A stretch of 64,000 bases of DNA from Promethearchaeota archaeon (GTDB taxonomy: Archaea > Asgardarchaeota > Lokiarchaeia > Sigyniarchaeales > SOKP01), in assembly GCA_008080735.1 (NCBI GenBank), contig SHMW01000005.1:1-64000 (forward strand), in the 5' to 3' direction. Positions 37,086-47,140 of the stretch are shown in pieces. The translations under genes were made by a program, and so were the position numbers. The notes under the pieces are model-generated. The model ran no database searches. It was given only the letters and a program-made list of their open reading frames with translations, and had not been told where the DNA came from. The first letter of the stretch is position 1; each line of letters opens with the position of its first letter.

Positions 37086-37161
37086 TGGACACGCTCTACA
37101 AGCTCACTGACCTAAACGGTCTGATAACAATCGCAGAACAGGCACTACATTGAGACTGAAC

Positions 37162-37599
37162 ATGAATGACAAAGAACGCAATCAAAAAGCAATTGAATCA
37201 TACATCGAGGGGATGAAGGCTGTTGAGGAGGAAAAGAAAGCGGACCATATGCATCGTGAGCTTAACCGACTCATTGATCTTGGTTATGACGAACCAAATG
37301 GGGTTTTCCTAATCGCTGCTGAGCGAATCAGGCAACGTATTGATGAACATTACAGCGATGCACATGACGACGAACACGGAAATTACGAAATGGTTCGTGC
37401 GGCATGTTGCTATGCCGAGGTGGGCAATGGTGGGCCGTATAGTCATCCGAACTCGCAGGAACCGCCGGATGATTGGCCTTGGGAAGATGCGTACTGGAAG
37501 CCATCCGCGGATCCAGTTCATAATCTAACAAAGGCTGGTGCGTTGATCGCTGCTGAAATTGACCGTTTATTACGGATGCGAATGGATATTTACACATAA
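37162..37599 (+). CDS. conserved phage protein (AER.RQ..HDD..AA.CYA..WPW..WKP..KAGALI.AEIDR family), GC-rich
   Basis: Recognisable motif series common in phages and prophages. Confidence 0.7.
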   Translation: MNDKERNQKAIESYIEGMKAVEEEKKADHMHRELNRLIDLGYDEPNGVFLIAAERIRQRIDEHYSDAHDDEHGNYEMVRAACCYAEVGNGGPYSHPNSQEPPDDWPWEDAYWKPSADPVHNLTKAGALIAAEIDRLLRMRMDIYT

Positions 37600-37610
37600 G
37601 GATAACAAAC

Positions 37611-38198
37611 ATGAAATACTTAAGTATTGACATAGAAACAACAGGTCTTGATATTCAAAACCATCAAATACTGTCGTATGCTTTTGTTTTAGAGGATACA
37701 AATAAAAACATAGACATTGAAGACTTACCTTATGTCTACGGATTAGTTATGCATAAGGAAATTAGGGGTGACTTATACGCAATAGATATGAATATCCAGC
37801 TTATAAGGCGAATTTTAACCTGTTCTCACATAGAAGAATCTGTATCAAAAGGGCCATTTAGTTGCATAGTTCGTCCGGATAATATACGTGAGACGATGAT
37901 TGAACAATTGAAAACGTTGTTCGATGGACATTTGCCTGAAGCAATAACTATTGCTGGCAAGAACGTACAAAGTTTTGACTTGCCATTTATACGTAATGTA
38001 TATCCAGATTTCCCAGCACACAGGAGAGTAATTGATCCCGGTTCTATGTATCTTGAAACTAACGACGAACAAGTGCCAAATTTACAAGAGTGTATGAAGC
38101 GAGCTAAAATTAAAGGTGAAGTATCTCACACTGCATTGGCTGACGCCAGAGTTGTAGTCCAACTTATCAGACACGCTATGAGAAAGCAAAATGATTAA
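37611..38198 (+). CDS. DEDDh 3'-5' exonuclease
   Basis: IDIETTG, GKNVQSFD, HTALADA. Confidence 0.85.
   Translation: MKYLSIDIETTGLDIQNHQILSYAFVLEDTNKNIDIEDLPYVYGLVMHKEIRGDLYAIDMNIQLIRRILTCSHIEESVSKGPFSCIVRPDNIRETMIEQLKTLFDGHLPEAITIAGKNVQSFDLPFIRNVYPDFPAHRRVIDPGSMYLETNDEQVPNLQECMKRAKIKGEVSHTALADARVVVQLIRHAMRKQND
38118..38189 (+). repeat. 72-bp imperfect direct repeat, copy 2
   Basis: Matches 36990..37061. Confidence 0.9.
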
Positions 38199-38691
38199 TA
38201 TTATAGCAGCGTTGTCTTCAAATCATATTATTGGTAAGGATGGTCAAATTCCTTGGAAATTAAAAGATGATATGCAAAATTTTTTCAGTTTAACTGCTGG
38301 TCATACAGTTATTATGGGAAGAAAAACATATGAATCAATAAATCTTCCTAGATTACCCATGCGACAAAATATAGTTGTTACTCAAAATGGCGAACACTTA
38401 AAGAATACTGGTGTTATTTGGGCTAAAAATTATCAAGAAAGTTTAGATTTATATAAATGTAAACCACAAGGGGAAGTATATATTATTGGAGGATACTCAG
38501 CATATAAAAAATTTTTACCCAAAGCTGATAAAATGATTCTAACATTTGTGGACACAGTAGTTTGTGGTCAAAATTTGGTTAAATTCCCAAAAGTTCAATG
38601 GCACGAATGGAACCCCATAAGCTATAAAACGTTTGCTAAAAATAAAGATAATCAACACAATTTTACAATTTGGAATTTTGAAAGGTTTTAA
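38191..38691 (+). CDS. folA: dihydrofolate reductase
   Basis: IGKDGQIPW, DMQNF, IMGRKTYES, LPMRQNIV, IIGG. Confidence 0.92.
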   Translation: MINIIAALSSNHIIGKDGQIPWKLKDDMQNFFSLTAGHTVIMGRKTYESINLPRLPMRQNIVVTQNGEHLKNTGVIWAKNYQESLDLYKCKPQGEVYIIGGYSAYKKFLPKADKMILTFVDTVVCGQNLVKFPKVQWHEWNPISYKTFAKNKDNQHNFTIWNFERF

Positions 38692-38693
38692 TT

Positions 38694-38942
38694 ATGAACG
38701 GGTTTTTCTTAGCACTTGGTATTGCACTTGGTTTAGCTGGGATGTGGGTATTTAAGCGTTATCATGGGTCTAAAGTATTTACTAGAAATGCTAGCAGTCG
38801 TCAATCCATTGAATCCGATTGTCACTATTGGGTCCGATTAGAGCGAAAATGGCATCGATTTACAAAAAATAGAATGGGAGAAGGCCGTGAAGCAGCTAAA
38901 AACAATAGCAATGATGCTCCTAATATTTTTGCTATTAAGTAA
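38694..38942 (+). CDS. small membrane-anchored protein
   Basis: N-terminal TM. Confidence 0.55.
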   Translation: MNGFFLALGIALGLAGMWVFKRYHGSKVFTRNASSRQSIESDCHYWVRLERKWHRFTKNRMGEGREAAKNNSNDAPNIFAIK

Positions 38943-39030
38943 TATAATTAGTTGTCAAAATTTACCAAAAGAAAAAGACAATCATAACGATATAGCACCA
39001 AATTCTGTTCCAACTTATATGGTATAAATT

Positions 39031-39390
39031 ATGAAAAGTAAAGATTTAGTTAATATTTTAGCAGAAAAGTACCAACCTCCAGAATCTGCTAAGAACAACG
39101 CACAAAAAGTTTTAGATTGGCGTAAAGAACATGGCGATGATGTTAAGGGGATGACTTCAGTTGGATGGCGTAGGGCTAGACAGTTGGCAAGTGGGAAATC
39201 TGTGTCTAAGGATATCGTTAAAAGAATGGCTCAATTCAATAGACATCGTAAGAATTATGAAAAAGCTAGAAAGAAGGAGGAATATAAGAGCGAACCTTGG
39301 AAAAGTGCTGCTATTGTAGCTTGGCTTGGATGGGGTGGGACTACTGGTATAAATTGGGCAATAGAAAAGTCAAAAGGATTTAAGGATTAA
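39031..39390 (+). CDS. conserved phage protein
   Basis: NAQ..L.WR..G.T.VG..RARQLA..S...VKRM..F.RH..AWLGWGG pattern seen in phage proteins. Confidence 0.65.
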   Translation: MKSKDLVNILAEKYQPPESAKNNAQKVLDWRKEHGDDVKGMTSVGWRRARQLASGKSVSKDIVKRMAQFNRHRKNYEKARKKEEYKSEPWKSAAIVAWLGWGGTTGINWAIEKSKGFKD

Positions 39391-39395
39391 TATAA

Positions 39396-39905
39396 ATGCC
39401 TACGTTGAAAGTTAAGAAACTAGATAAAGATGCAAAACTGCCTTTTAAGAAATTTCAGACAGATACTGGTTATGATTTAGTGGCTGTCAGTGATCCAGAA
39501 TTTATTGAAGATAAGGATACCAAGACAACGTTTATAGAATATAAAACAGGTATAGCAATTGAAATACCAGAAGGATACTGGGCAGCTATTTTCCCGCGAT
39601 CTAGTGTTTCTAAGAAAACATTGGTATTAGCTAATTCTGTTGGTGTAATAGATGAACAATATCGTGGCGAAGTTAGATTACGATTTAAATTCGTACATAA
39701 TACAAATTATACCCCAAGTCGAATTGGTAGTGTTCATAATAGAGATACTATATATACTTCCGATGACAACGGCGAATTGTATAATAAAGGAGACAAAATT
39801 GGACAACTAGTTTTCTTTAAGCGTTATGATTTTGATATTGAAGAAGTAGAAGAGTTGAATAATACACAACGTGGAGAAGGTGGATTTGGTTCCACAGGAA
39901 ATTAA
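39396..39905 (+). CDS. dut: trimeric dUTPase
   Basis: GYDL, PRSS, GVID..YRGE, IGQL, RGEGGFGSTG. Confidence 0.93.
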   Translation: MPTLKVKKLDKDAKLPFKKFQTDTGYDLVAVSDPEFIEDKDTKTTFIEYKTGIAIEIPEGYWAAIFPRSSVSKKTLVLANSVGVIDEQYRGEVRLRFKFVHNTNYTPSRIGSVHNRDTIYTSDDNGELYNKGDKIGQLVFFKRYDFDIEEVEELNNTQRGEGGFGSTGN

Positions 39906-39909
39906 TTAA

Positions 39910-40113
39910 ATGGCAAACATTAGGTATTTTTCTAAAGAAAATGGACCTTTTGATCGTTTTGACGAAGTAGTTATGATAACTCGTAATGATAATAATTCAG
40001 CCATATTTCGCGGTAGAGTTGATGGAAAATTCACCGAAAAAACCTGTAATTATAACGAATTAATATTAATTGATCAAGATAAGACAGATGCTCAAATTAA
40101 GAGACTTGGTTAA
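39910..40113 (+). CDS. hypothetical protein
   Basis: ORF. Confidence 0.45.
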   Translation: MANIRYFSKENGPFDRFDEVVMITRNDNNSAIFRGRVDGKFTEKTCNYNELILIDQDKTDAQIKRLG

Positions 40114-40297
40114 AATCAAAAGTACAAAACAATTTGGACAAATAATATATAAAATAAATGGACCCGAAACATTATATTTTATCAATATAGACAGTTCTAA
40201 CAAATACGAAACATGTTTGGAAAGAGATTTGATTAAAGCACATGAATCTTCAAAGTTTTTGGGACAAAGCAAAGCAAGTCCGAAAAATACAAAATAA
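40088..40297 (+). CDS. hypothetical protein (SH3-like pattern)
   Basis: DLVKIK..QFGQI. Confidence 0.4.
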   Translation: MLKLRDLVKIKSTKQFGQIIYKINGPETLYFINIDSSNKYETCLERDLIKAHESSKFLGQSKASPKNTK

Positions 40298-41069
40298 CAC
40301 TTGGCTTCCTGATAAATATGGGGGAATTACTATAAAGTCAGGTGTTATATATTGTAACAGTGAAAAAATTATTGAAGCTATAGATATAGCTAATAGTGAT
40401 AATTCTATAACAAAAATTATAAGCGATAATGGCGACCTTGGTATTGAAGAAATTAAAGAAAACACATTTGTTATTAAACGTGCTATAGATACTTTCGGCA
40501 AGGTGTTTAACTTTAATAATAAGCTAGGCTTATCTTGGTATGGTGTAAATCTTAATGTATCAGAAAAAGTTGGTACACCATTACCACTTGGGGTTTTGGA
40601 CGAACATCTTAAAATAATAGATAAAATAAATAGTTTTGATAAAAAATCACTGGTTTATTGCAATTTTGACATTAGAACTAATATAACAAATAGAAAACCT
40701 ATTTTTGACTGGGCTACAAATCAAGATTGGATAGACGAAGAATTACCTCCCATTAACATTCCGTGGGAAATATATAAATTGAAATTGTTCGATTATTTTA
40801 ATAAATTAAGCAGTTATTATTTTACATTAGCACCATTCGGATGTGGTTACGATTGTTTTCGTACGTGGGAATCTTTATATTTGGGTGTTATACCTATAGT
40901 ACAAAAATGCCAGGCTAATAAGTTCTTTGCTAAAAAACTACCAATATTAATGGTCGAAGATTATAAGGAATTGTCGAAAAATTATCTGGAACAAAAACTT
41001 AAAGAATTTTACAACAGGAACGATTATTCAGTAGATTATTTAGATATGGATTATTGGTTATATGAATAA
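40242..41069 (+). CDS. exostosin/GT47-like glycosyltransferase
   Basis: FTLAPFGCGYDCFRTWESLYLGVIPIV. Confidence 0.7.
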   Translation: MNLQSFWDKAKQVRKIQNNTWLPDKYGGITIKSGVIYCNSEKIIEAIDIANSDNSITKIISDNGDLGIEEIKENTFVIKRAIDTFGKVFNFNNKLGLSWYGVNLNVSEKVGTPLPLGVLDEHLKIIDKINSFDKKSLVYCNFDIRTNITNRKPIFDWATNQDWIDEELPPINIPWEIYKLKLFDYFNKLSSYYFTLAPFGCGYDCFRTWESLYLGVIPIVQKCQANKFFAKKLPILMVEDYKELSKNYLEQKLKEFYNRNDYSVDYLDMDYWLYE

Positions 41070-41991
41070 TATATGCACACTATCAGATAAAAATTACGCT
41101 TTATACGGCTTATGTTTATACGAGTCGTTATTGGAAACAACCAATAAAGATTTCATGTTACATTATCTATGTTTAGACGATGAAACAATGGATATAATGG
41201 ACTTACCGCAGATTAAATCATACCATATTAATGATTATAAAAAATTTAATGATTTCGAAATATTAAGACAGAACAATAAATCTACTCCCAATGGTCTTTC
41301 TAGTTGGCATTTTGCATTAGCATCATACTTTGTTCATAAATTGATTAATGTCCACCATGTTAATAATTGTTTGTATGTTGATTCTGATATTATGTTTTAC
41401 AATGATGTATCGAATATAATTTCTGAATGTGATAAACATAGTGTTGGGTTAATGACACACAAACATATGACGTATCGTAACATACTAAACAAACTTGATG
41501 TTGGTTATTATAATGTTGGTTTGGTATTCTTTAATAATGACGAATATGGAATTTTTGCTAGTGATTGGTGGAAAAACGTAGTCATCACTCCAAATAATAT
41601 TTGGCACGATTCATTAGGACAATGTTGGGATCAAAAATATTTAGAAGGTTTCCATATATTCCTACCAAACAATAGAATATTTGTGATAGATACTATATTC
41701 GGACATGGTGCTCCATGGAATTATTCACATTTGAAATTCGATTATAATAACAATAAACTAAAATGGATAGATGATGTTGGGTGTTTGACAGACCAAACAA
41801 ATATATACGAACAGGATTTGTATTTTATACACTTTTCCCATTTTACACCAGATTTTCCTAACGATAAATACAATATGGATCGCAGTGGAGAGTTTTGTAA
41901 TACTAAAATACAAAATAGACAAGATATAAAATGGTTTTATGACGATTACTTTGACAAACTGAAGAAGATTAAACAAAAATATGGAATTTGA
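41062..41991 (+). CDS. glycosyltransferase (GT-A, GT8-like)
   Basis: CTLSDKNY, YVDSD, YNVG, DQKYL, APWN, HFS. Confidence 0.75.
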   Translation: MNNICTLSDKNYALYGLCLYESLLETTNKDFMLHYLCLDDETMDIMDLPQIKSYHINDYKKFNDFEILRQNNKSTPNGLSSWHFALASYFVHKLINVHHVNNCLYVDSDIMFYNDVSNIISECDKHSVGLMTHKHMTYRNILNKLDVGYYNVGLVFFNNDEYGIFASDWWKNVVITPNNIWHDSLGQCWDQKYLEGFHIFLPNNRIFVIDTIFGHGAPWNYSHLKFDYNNNKLKWIDDVGCLTDQTNIYEQDLYFIHFSHFTPDFPNDKYNMDRSGEFCNTKIQNRQDIKWFYDDYFDKLKKIKQKYGI

Positions 41992-41993
41992 TA

Positions 41994-42887
41994 ATGCCTA
42001 AAATCGCTTTTGGAATGATAGTTTTTAATGGCAACTATGTATTAAAAGAATGTCTAGAATCAATATATCCTTTTGCTAATCAAATACTTATAAGCGAAGG
42101 GCCGGTGTCATATTGGCAAAGAAAAGGATATACAACATCTGTTGACGGCACTAACGATGTATTGCATGAGTTTTATGATCCAGACAATAAAATAAAGATT
42201 GTTCATGGACAGTTTGAAGAAAAAGACGAACAGTGTAATGCTTATATGAAACACCTAAAAGATGAAAATGAATTTATCTGGAATATTGATAGTGATGAAG
42301 TGTTTAAAAATACAGATATGTGGACAATTTGCAAATTATTGGATGAGTATCCTATTACTTCTGTAGGATTTAAAAGTTATTCGTTTTATGGTGGTTTTGA
42401 TAATTATCTAACTGGATTTGAAGAAGCACATGAATTCATGCGAATCAGACGCATTTATCCCGGTTCATATTGGGCTACACATCGTCCTCCAACCATTGCA
42501 CATAAGATTAAAAACGTACAACCAGAAAGACATTTATCTAGCGATGTGTTATGGAAACAATGTCACATACGAATGTATCATTATAGCTATGTGTTTCCTA
42601 GACAGGTTAAAGAAAAGGTTTCATATTACAAATCTGACATAAGTAAAGACAACTGTATTGATAATTATTTTGAAAATATATATTTGCCATGGGTTAATGG
42701 AACTGATCAAGATAAAAAAAATATAGAGGAACAATGGGAAGGTGTCCATGAATTTAAACCTAAATACCGTGGCGAATGTTATACTGCCAAATTTGACAAT
42801 ACACATCCCGATGTGATTGTTAAAAACATAGAAGATTTAAAAACCAAATACGAAAATCAATTAAATGACTTGGCAAAACGGAATTAA
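41994..42887 (+). CDS. glycosyltransferase family 2-like
   Basis: GMIVFNG, SVDGT, IDSDE. Confidence 0.75.
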   Translation: MPKIAFGMIVFNGNYVLKECLESIYPFANQILISEGPVSYWQRKGYTTSVDGTNDVLHEFYDPDNKIKIVHGQFEEKDEQCNAYMKHLKDENEFIWNIDSDEVFKNTDMWTICKLLDEYPITSVGFKSYSFYGGFDNYLTGFEEAHEFMRIRRIYPGSYWATHRPPTIAHKIKNVQPERHLSSDVLWKQCHIRMYHYSYVFPRQVKEKVSYYKSDISKDNCIDNYFENIYLPWVNGTDQDKKNIEEQWEGVHEFKPKYRGECYTAKFDNTHPDVIVKNIEDLKTKYENQLNDLAKRN

Positions 42888-44094
42888 GGGATTTCAGGAA
42901 CAACTTAACCGCAACATTTCTGAGTTAAACAACGGTCAATATCCACCACACTGGATTCATTTTTTGCAGTATGTGGATAAAATAAAACACAAGATCAAAC
43001 GTGTTGTAGACTTGGGCTGTGGTGTTGGAATATATAAACCTTTACTAGAACGTCACTATCCAGAATTAGAATATATTGGTATAGATTTTGCACCAGAAGC
43101 AATTAAAATTGCTAAAAATCAATGGAACGCACCAAATAGTTTTAAACAATTAGATATATTTGATTTAGAAAAAGACTTTTTTAGATTAACAGATGTAGTA
43201 GTTTTGAATGGTATTTTAGATATCATGGAAGATAGTCTAAAATTAACTAAATTTATATTTGAATTTAATTTACTACATCTTATATTGCAAAGAGTTCATA
43301 TAACCGATGGTCCTACAGAATGTGACAAATATCAAGCGTATTCAGATATAGAATCGTATGACTGTAAAGTTAATAAAAATGCATTCGAATCGTTATTAGA
43401 AGAATATTGTTACAAATATGAAAAACAACAAGTAATAGATCATTACAACTATTTACTAACTAGTAATAAACAATTAGCATTTATACATTTACCTAAGACC
43501 GCCGGAACTTTTATAGGCGAATTGGCTAAATTAAACAACAGTATGCATATACATGGCCATAAATCTATTAGGGATATAGACAAGCCATATAAATACATTA
43601 ATATAGGGTTTGTTAGAAATCCATGGGATTGGCATGTTTCTAGGTATTTTTATTTATGCCAGCGTGTAGATAATGTATCAAACAGGAAAATATTAGAACA
43701 AGGTATATCTATTAATAATGATTATGGACTTTCATCAATCGAGCTAAGAGAAAAATATCCAACTTTGTGCGATTATATCTGCAATTACAAAAGCTCTATG
43801 TCAAATAGATTTTGGATGTCTGATATATATAATTATATGTTCTATGATCTGGATCGTAAATATTACATAGATTTTATAGGAAAGATAGAAAACCTAAACG
43901 AAGACTTGTCATATATATATAAACACCTTGATATAGAATTACCAGAACCAACGCCTTATATAAAAGAAAACTGCACAAACAAAAGTAAACATGAGCATTA
44001 TTCTGTTTATTATGACGATAAATTAATAGATATGATATACAATAAAGAGTTCGATATAATTGATAGATACGGATATACATTTGAAAGGCCATAA
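42865..44094 (+). CDS. fusion of SAM-dependent methyltransferase and sulfotransferase
   Basis: VDLGCGVG..GIDF at N-terminus; FIHLPKTAGT, VRNPWD..VS, IGKIENL, YG Y.F at C-terminus. Confidence 0.8.
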   Translation: MTWQNGIKGFQEQLNRNISELNNGQYPPHWIHFLQYVDKIKHKIKRVVDLGCGVGIYKPLLERHYPELEYIGIDFAPEAIKIAKNQWNAPNSFKQLDIFDLEKDFFRLTDVVVLNGILDIMEDSLKLTKFIFEFNLLHLILQRVHITDGPTECDKYQAYSDIESYDCKVNKNAFESLLEEYCYKYEKQQVIDHYNYLLTSNKQLAFIHLPKTAGTFIGELAKLNNSMHIHGHKSIRDIDKPYKYINIGFVRNPWDWHVSRYFYLCQRVDNVSNRKILEQGISINNDYGLSSIELREKYPTLCDYICNYKSSMSNRFWMSDIYNYMFYDLDRKYYIDFIGKIENLNEDLSYIYKHLDIELPEPTPYIKENCTNKSKHEHYSVYYDDKLIDMIYNKEFDIIDRYGYTFERP

Positions 44095-44095
44095 A

Positions 44096-45082
44096 ATGCG
44101 AGCTTTAGTTGCAGGTGCAGGTGGTTTTATAGGTGGTCATTTGGTCAAGTCTTTACTGGACGATGGCTATGAAGTTCTAGGTGTTGATATCAAACCAATA
44201 GAAGATTGGCATCAAGTCCACGATAATTCGCTCAATATATATAACACAGATCTTAGATCAATATATTATTGTAATGAAGTAACAAAGAATATAGACGAAT
44301 GCTACAACTTAGCATGTGACATGGGTGGTATGGGTTTTATTGAAAATAATAAAGCTCAGTGTATGATTTCAGTATTAATAAACACGCATTTATTAATTTC
44401 AGGAACGACCAACGGCGTATCGAAACATTTTTTCAGTTCTTCAGCCTGTGTTTATGCTGCTGACAAACAAATTAAAGATGGCTATGATGTTTCGCCTTTG
44501 AAAGAATCAGATGCATATCCTGCTATGCCAGAAGATGGCTATGGATGGGAAAAGCTGTTCTCCGAAAGAATGTGTCGTCATTTTACCGAAGATTTTAATT
44601 TGGATACTCGTGTTGCTAGATTTCACAATGTTTATGGTCCATATGGCACTTGGACAGGAGGAAGGGAAAAGGCTCCAGCCGCTATATGTCGTAAAGTGAT
44701 AGAAGCTAAAAAGAATGGAACTAATGAAATTGAAATATGGGGAGACGGCAATCAAGCAAGAACATTTACCTATATTACAGACTGCATATATGGTATCAGA
44801 CAACTAATGAAGTTGGAGAAGAACAATCCTATCGAACCTATCAATATAGGATCTTCAGAATTAGTAACAATTAATGATTTAGTTTCTATAGTGGAAGAAA
44901 TAGCGGGAATTACATTAGATAGAAATTATATTTTAGATGCCCCAAAGGGTGTTCCCGGTAGAAGTAGTAATAACAATTTGATAAAAGAAAAATTAGGATG
45001 GGAACCATCCGTATCGCTTAAACAAGGTATGGAAGAAACTTATAAGTGGATTGAACAGGAATATGATAGAAATACATTATAA
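44096..45082 (+). CDS. NAD-dependent epimerase, GDP-mannose 3,5-epimerase-like
   Basis: GAGGFIG, DMGGMGFI, SSACVY, YGWEK, RFHNVYGP.GTW.GGREKAPAA.CRK. Confidence 0.85.
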   Translation: MRALVAGAGGFIGGHLVKSLLDDGYEVLGVDIKPIEDWHQVHDNSLNIYNTDLRSIYYCNEVTKNIDECYNLACDMGGMGFIENNKAQCMISVLINTHLLISGTTNGVSKHFFSSSACVYAADKQIKDGYDVSPLKESDAYPAMPEDGYGWEKLFSERMCRHFTEDFNLDTRVARFHNVYGPYGTWTGGREKAPAAICRKVIEAKKNGTNEIEIWGDGNQARTFTYITDCIYGIRQLMKLEKNNPIEPINIGSSELVTINDLVSIVEEIAGITLDRNYILDAPKGVPGRSSNNNLIKEKLGWEPSVSLKQGMEETYKWIEQEYDRNTL

Positions 45083-45866
45083 AGGCAGGCTTGGTAATAA
45101 TATATTTCAATACTGTTTAGGTAGAATTATAGCATTAAGATTTGGATATGCTGTAAAAATTTCTAATGGCCAGCATTTAAATATAATGCCAGAAATAGAC
45201 GGTAAGAAAGTATCTCATCCTGTCGATCTTATTGGCAATAAAAATCATTATGTTATTATTAATGGCGATCATGACAGAAAATTTGTGTTGTCAGGATTTT
45301 ATCAACGATATGAGTATTACAAAGATTATAAAGATAGTATTAAAAATTGGATCAAGTTACCTAGTGTAGATATAGATTTGCCCGATAAAGACGATTTAGT
45401 TCTACATGTTCGTGGTGGTGATCTGTGGGGCAACAAGAATCATCCTGTTAATGAACATCACACTCCTGCTCCATACTTTTATTATAAACAAATAATTGAG
45501 AATTTTAAAGGTAATAATATTTATATTGTTACTGAAAAATCCGATGATATTGTTATAAAGAAGATTCAGGATAATTTTAACTGTAAGGTTATTTCTAGAT
45601 CTCCGATAGAAGATTTTATATTTATGATGAACGCCAGTGAAATCGCTTTGTCTGTAAGTACTTTATCTTGGTGGGCCGCTTGGTTGTCGAATGCATACAA
45701 GGTACACTTTCCTAAGTTTGGCATGTGGCATCCAGATACAGGCAGTGATGTTGACCTACATGTTGACGAATCGCGATATGTTTACCATGAGATTGGCAAA
45801 ATGAATACTTGGTCAGCATCTGAAGAACAAAAGCGAATGATTTTAAGTGATAATAATGAATTTTAA
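45063..45866 (+). CDS. glycosyltransferase family 11 (alpha-1,2-fucosyltransferase-like)
   Basis: GRLGN.IFQY, GFYQ, HVRGGD, STLSWWAAWL. Confidence 0.8.
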   Translation: MIEIHYKGRLGNNIFQYCLGRIIALRFGYAVKISNGQHLNIMPEIDGKKVSHPVDLIGNKNHYVIINGDHDRKFVLSGFYQRYEYYKDYKDSIKNWIKLPSVDIDLPDKDDLVLHVRGGDLWGNKNHPVNEHHTPAPYFYYKQIIENFKGNNIYIVTEKSDDIVIKKIQDNFNCKVISRSPIEDFIFMMNASEIALSVSTLSWWAAWLSNAYKVHFPKFGMWHPDTGSDVDLHVDESRYVYHEIGKMNTWSASEEQKRMILSDNNEF

Positions 45867-46530
45867 TATAGCCAACAATTGCCAAATAGAACCACATAAG
45901 TTTTTAGATGATTTATATATGTTGGTCGAAACTCATGGAGATAAATCTTTTGTTGATGTGGGTGCCTATGATGGTATAGATGGGTCTAACACCAGTTGCT
46001 TAGCAGAAAAATATTGGCCAGGATTGATGATAGAAGCAAATAAACAATCGTATAATAAATGCAAGCAATTGTATAAAGATTTTCCCGATATAAATGTTAT
46101 CAACACAGCTATATCTAACAAAAGACAAAAGTTGGATATGACACTATCCGGTCCAATGTCTACACTTGCCATTGATAATCAACCGTTGATGAATAGAGTT
46201 AAACAACGTAAATTTTCTTTAGCCAAAGTTCAGTGTCAAACGCTTGATGATGTTTTATATGAATATGAATACGAAAAAATTGGTGTTTTATCGGTAGATG
46301 TCGAAGGTTATGAATATAAAGTTTTAGAAGGATTCGATATACAAAAATTCAGACCGTCTTTATGTATAATTGAATGTCACGAAGGTACAAACCCTTCTAC
46401 ACAAGAAATTTCCGAGTTTTACCAAAAAGAGTTGGTTGACAACATAAACAAATACTTTGCAAAAAATGATTATAGTAAGATTTATTGTGATCATATTAAT
46501 AATATTTATATAGATGAATATATACGATAA
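45856..46530 (+). CDS. FkbM-family methyltransferase
   Basis: DVGAYDG..SN, IEAN, VDVEGYE. Confidence 0.85.
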   Translation: MNFNIANNCQIEPHKFLDDLYMLVETHGDKSFVDVGAYDGIDGSNTSCLAEKYWPGLMIEANKQSYNKCKQLYKDFPDINVINTAISNKRQKLDMTLSGPMSTLAIDNQPLMNRVKQRKFSLAKVQCQTLDDVLYEYEYEKIGVLSVDVEGYEYKVLEGFDIQKFRPSLCIIECHEGTNPSTQEISEFYQKELVDNINKYFAKNDYSKIYCDHINNIYIDEYIR

Positions 46531-47140
46531 GCTAAAATTAATATTACCGTCAGAAGATGCTGTCATTATAGAAATAGGAATGCATTATGGAGAAGATACG
46601 TTGCGTATCTTGGACATTGTAGATTCTTGCTCATACTATGGCTTTGAGCCAGATCCAAGAAATATAAAAAAAATACAAAAACTAGGAATAGACAAGAAAA
46701 TAAAATTTTATCCAATCGCTGTTTCTAACTTTGTTGGTAATACTACAATGTTTCTTTCGTCGGGATCCCTTCATATTAATGACAACTGGACGGGATCTTC
46801 TTCAATACTTCAACCAAAAGAACATATACAACATTTCCCATGGTGTAAATTTAATGAATGTGTAGATGTACACACCACTACATTAGATTGTTTTACCAAA
46901 GATAATAATATAAATTTCGTAGATTTTATCTGGATGGACGCCCAAGGTGCCGAATATAAAATATTGTCTAAAGGTAAAGAAACCTTACAAAATACTAAAT
47001 ATTTATACTTTGAATATTATAATAGTGAAATGTATTCTGGACAAAAAACATTGACAGAAATATTATACTCACTTGGAAATAATTGGGAAATTATTAAACA
47101 ATATCCATCTGATATACTGCTGAAAAACACTAAATTATGA
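46514..47140 (+). CDS. FkbM-family methyltransferase (NoeI-like)
   Basis: EIG.HYG.D, FEPDPRN, WMDAQGAE. Confidence 0.85.
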   Translation: MNIYDKLKLILPSEDAVIIEIGMHYGEDTLRILDIVDSCSYYGFEPDPRNIKKIQKLGIDKKIKFYPIAVSNFVGNTTMFLSSGSLHINDNWTGSSSILQPKEHIQHFPWCKFNECVDVHTTTLDCFTKDNNINFVDFIWMDAQGAEYKILSKGKETLQNTKYLYFEYYNSEMYSGQKTLTEILYSLGNNWEIIKQYPSDILLKNTKL

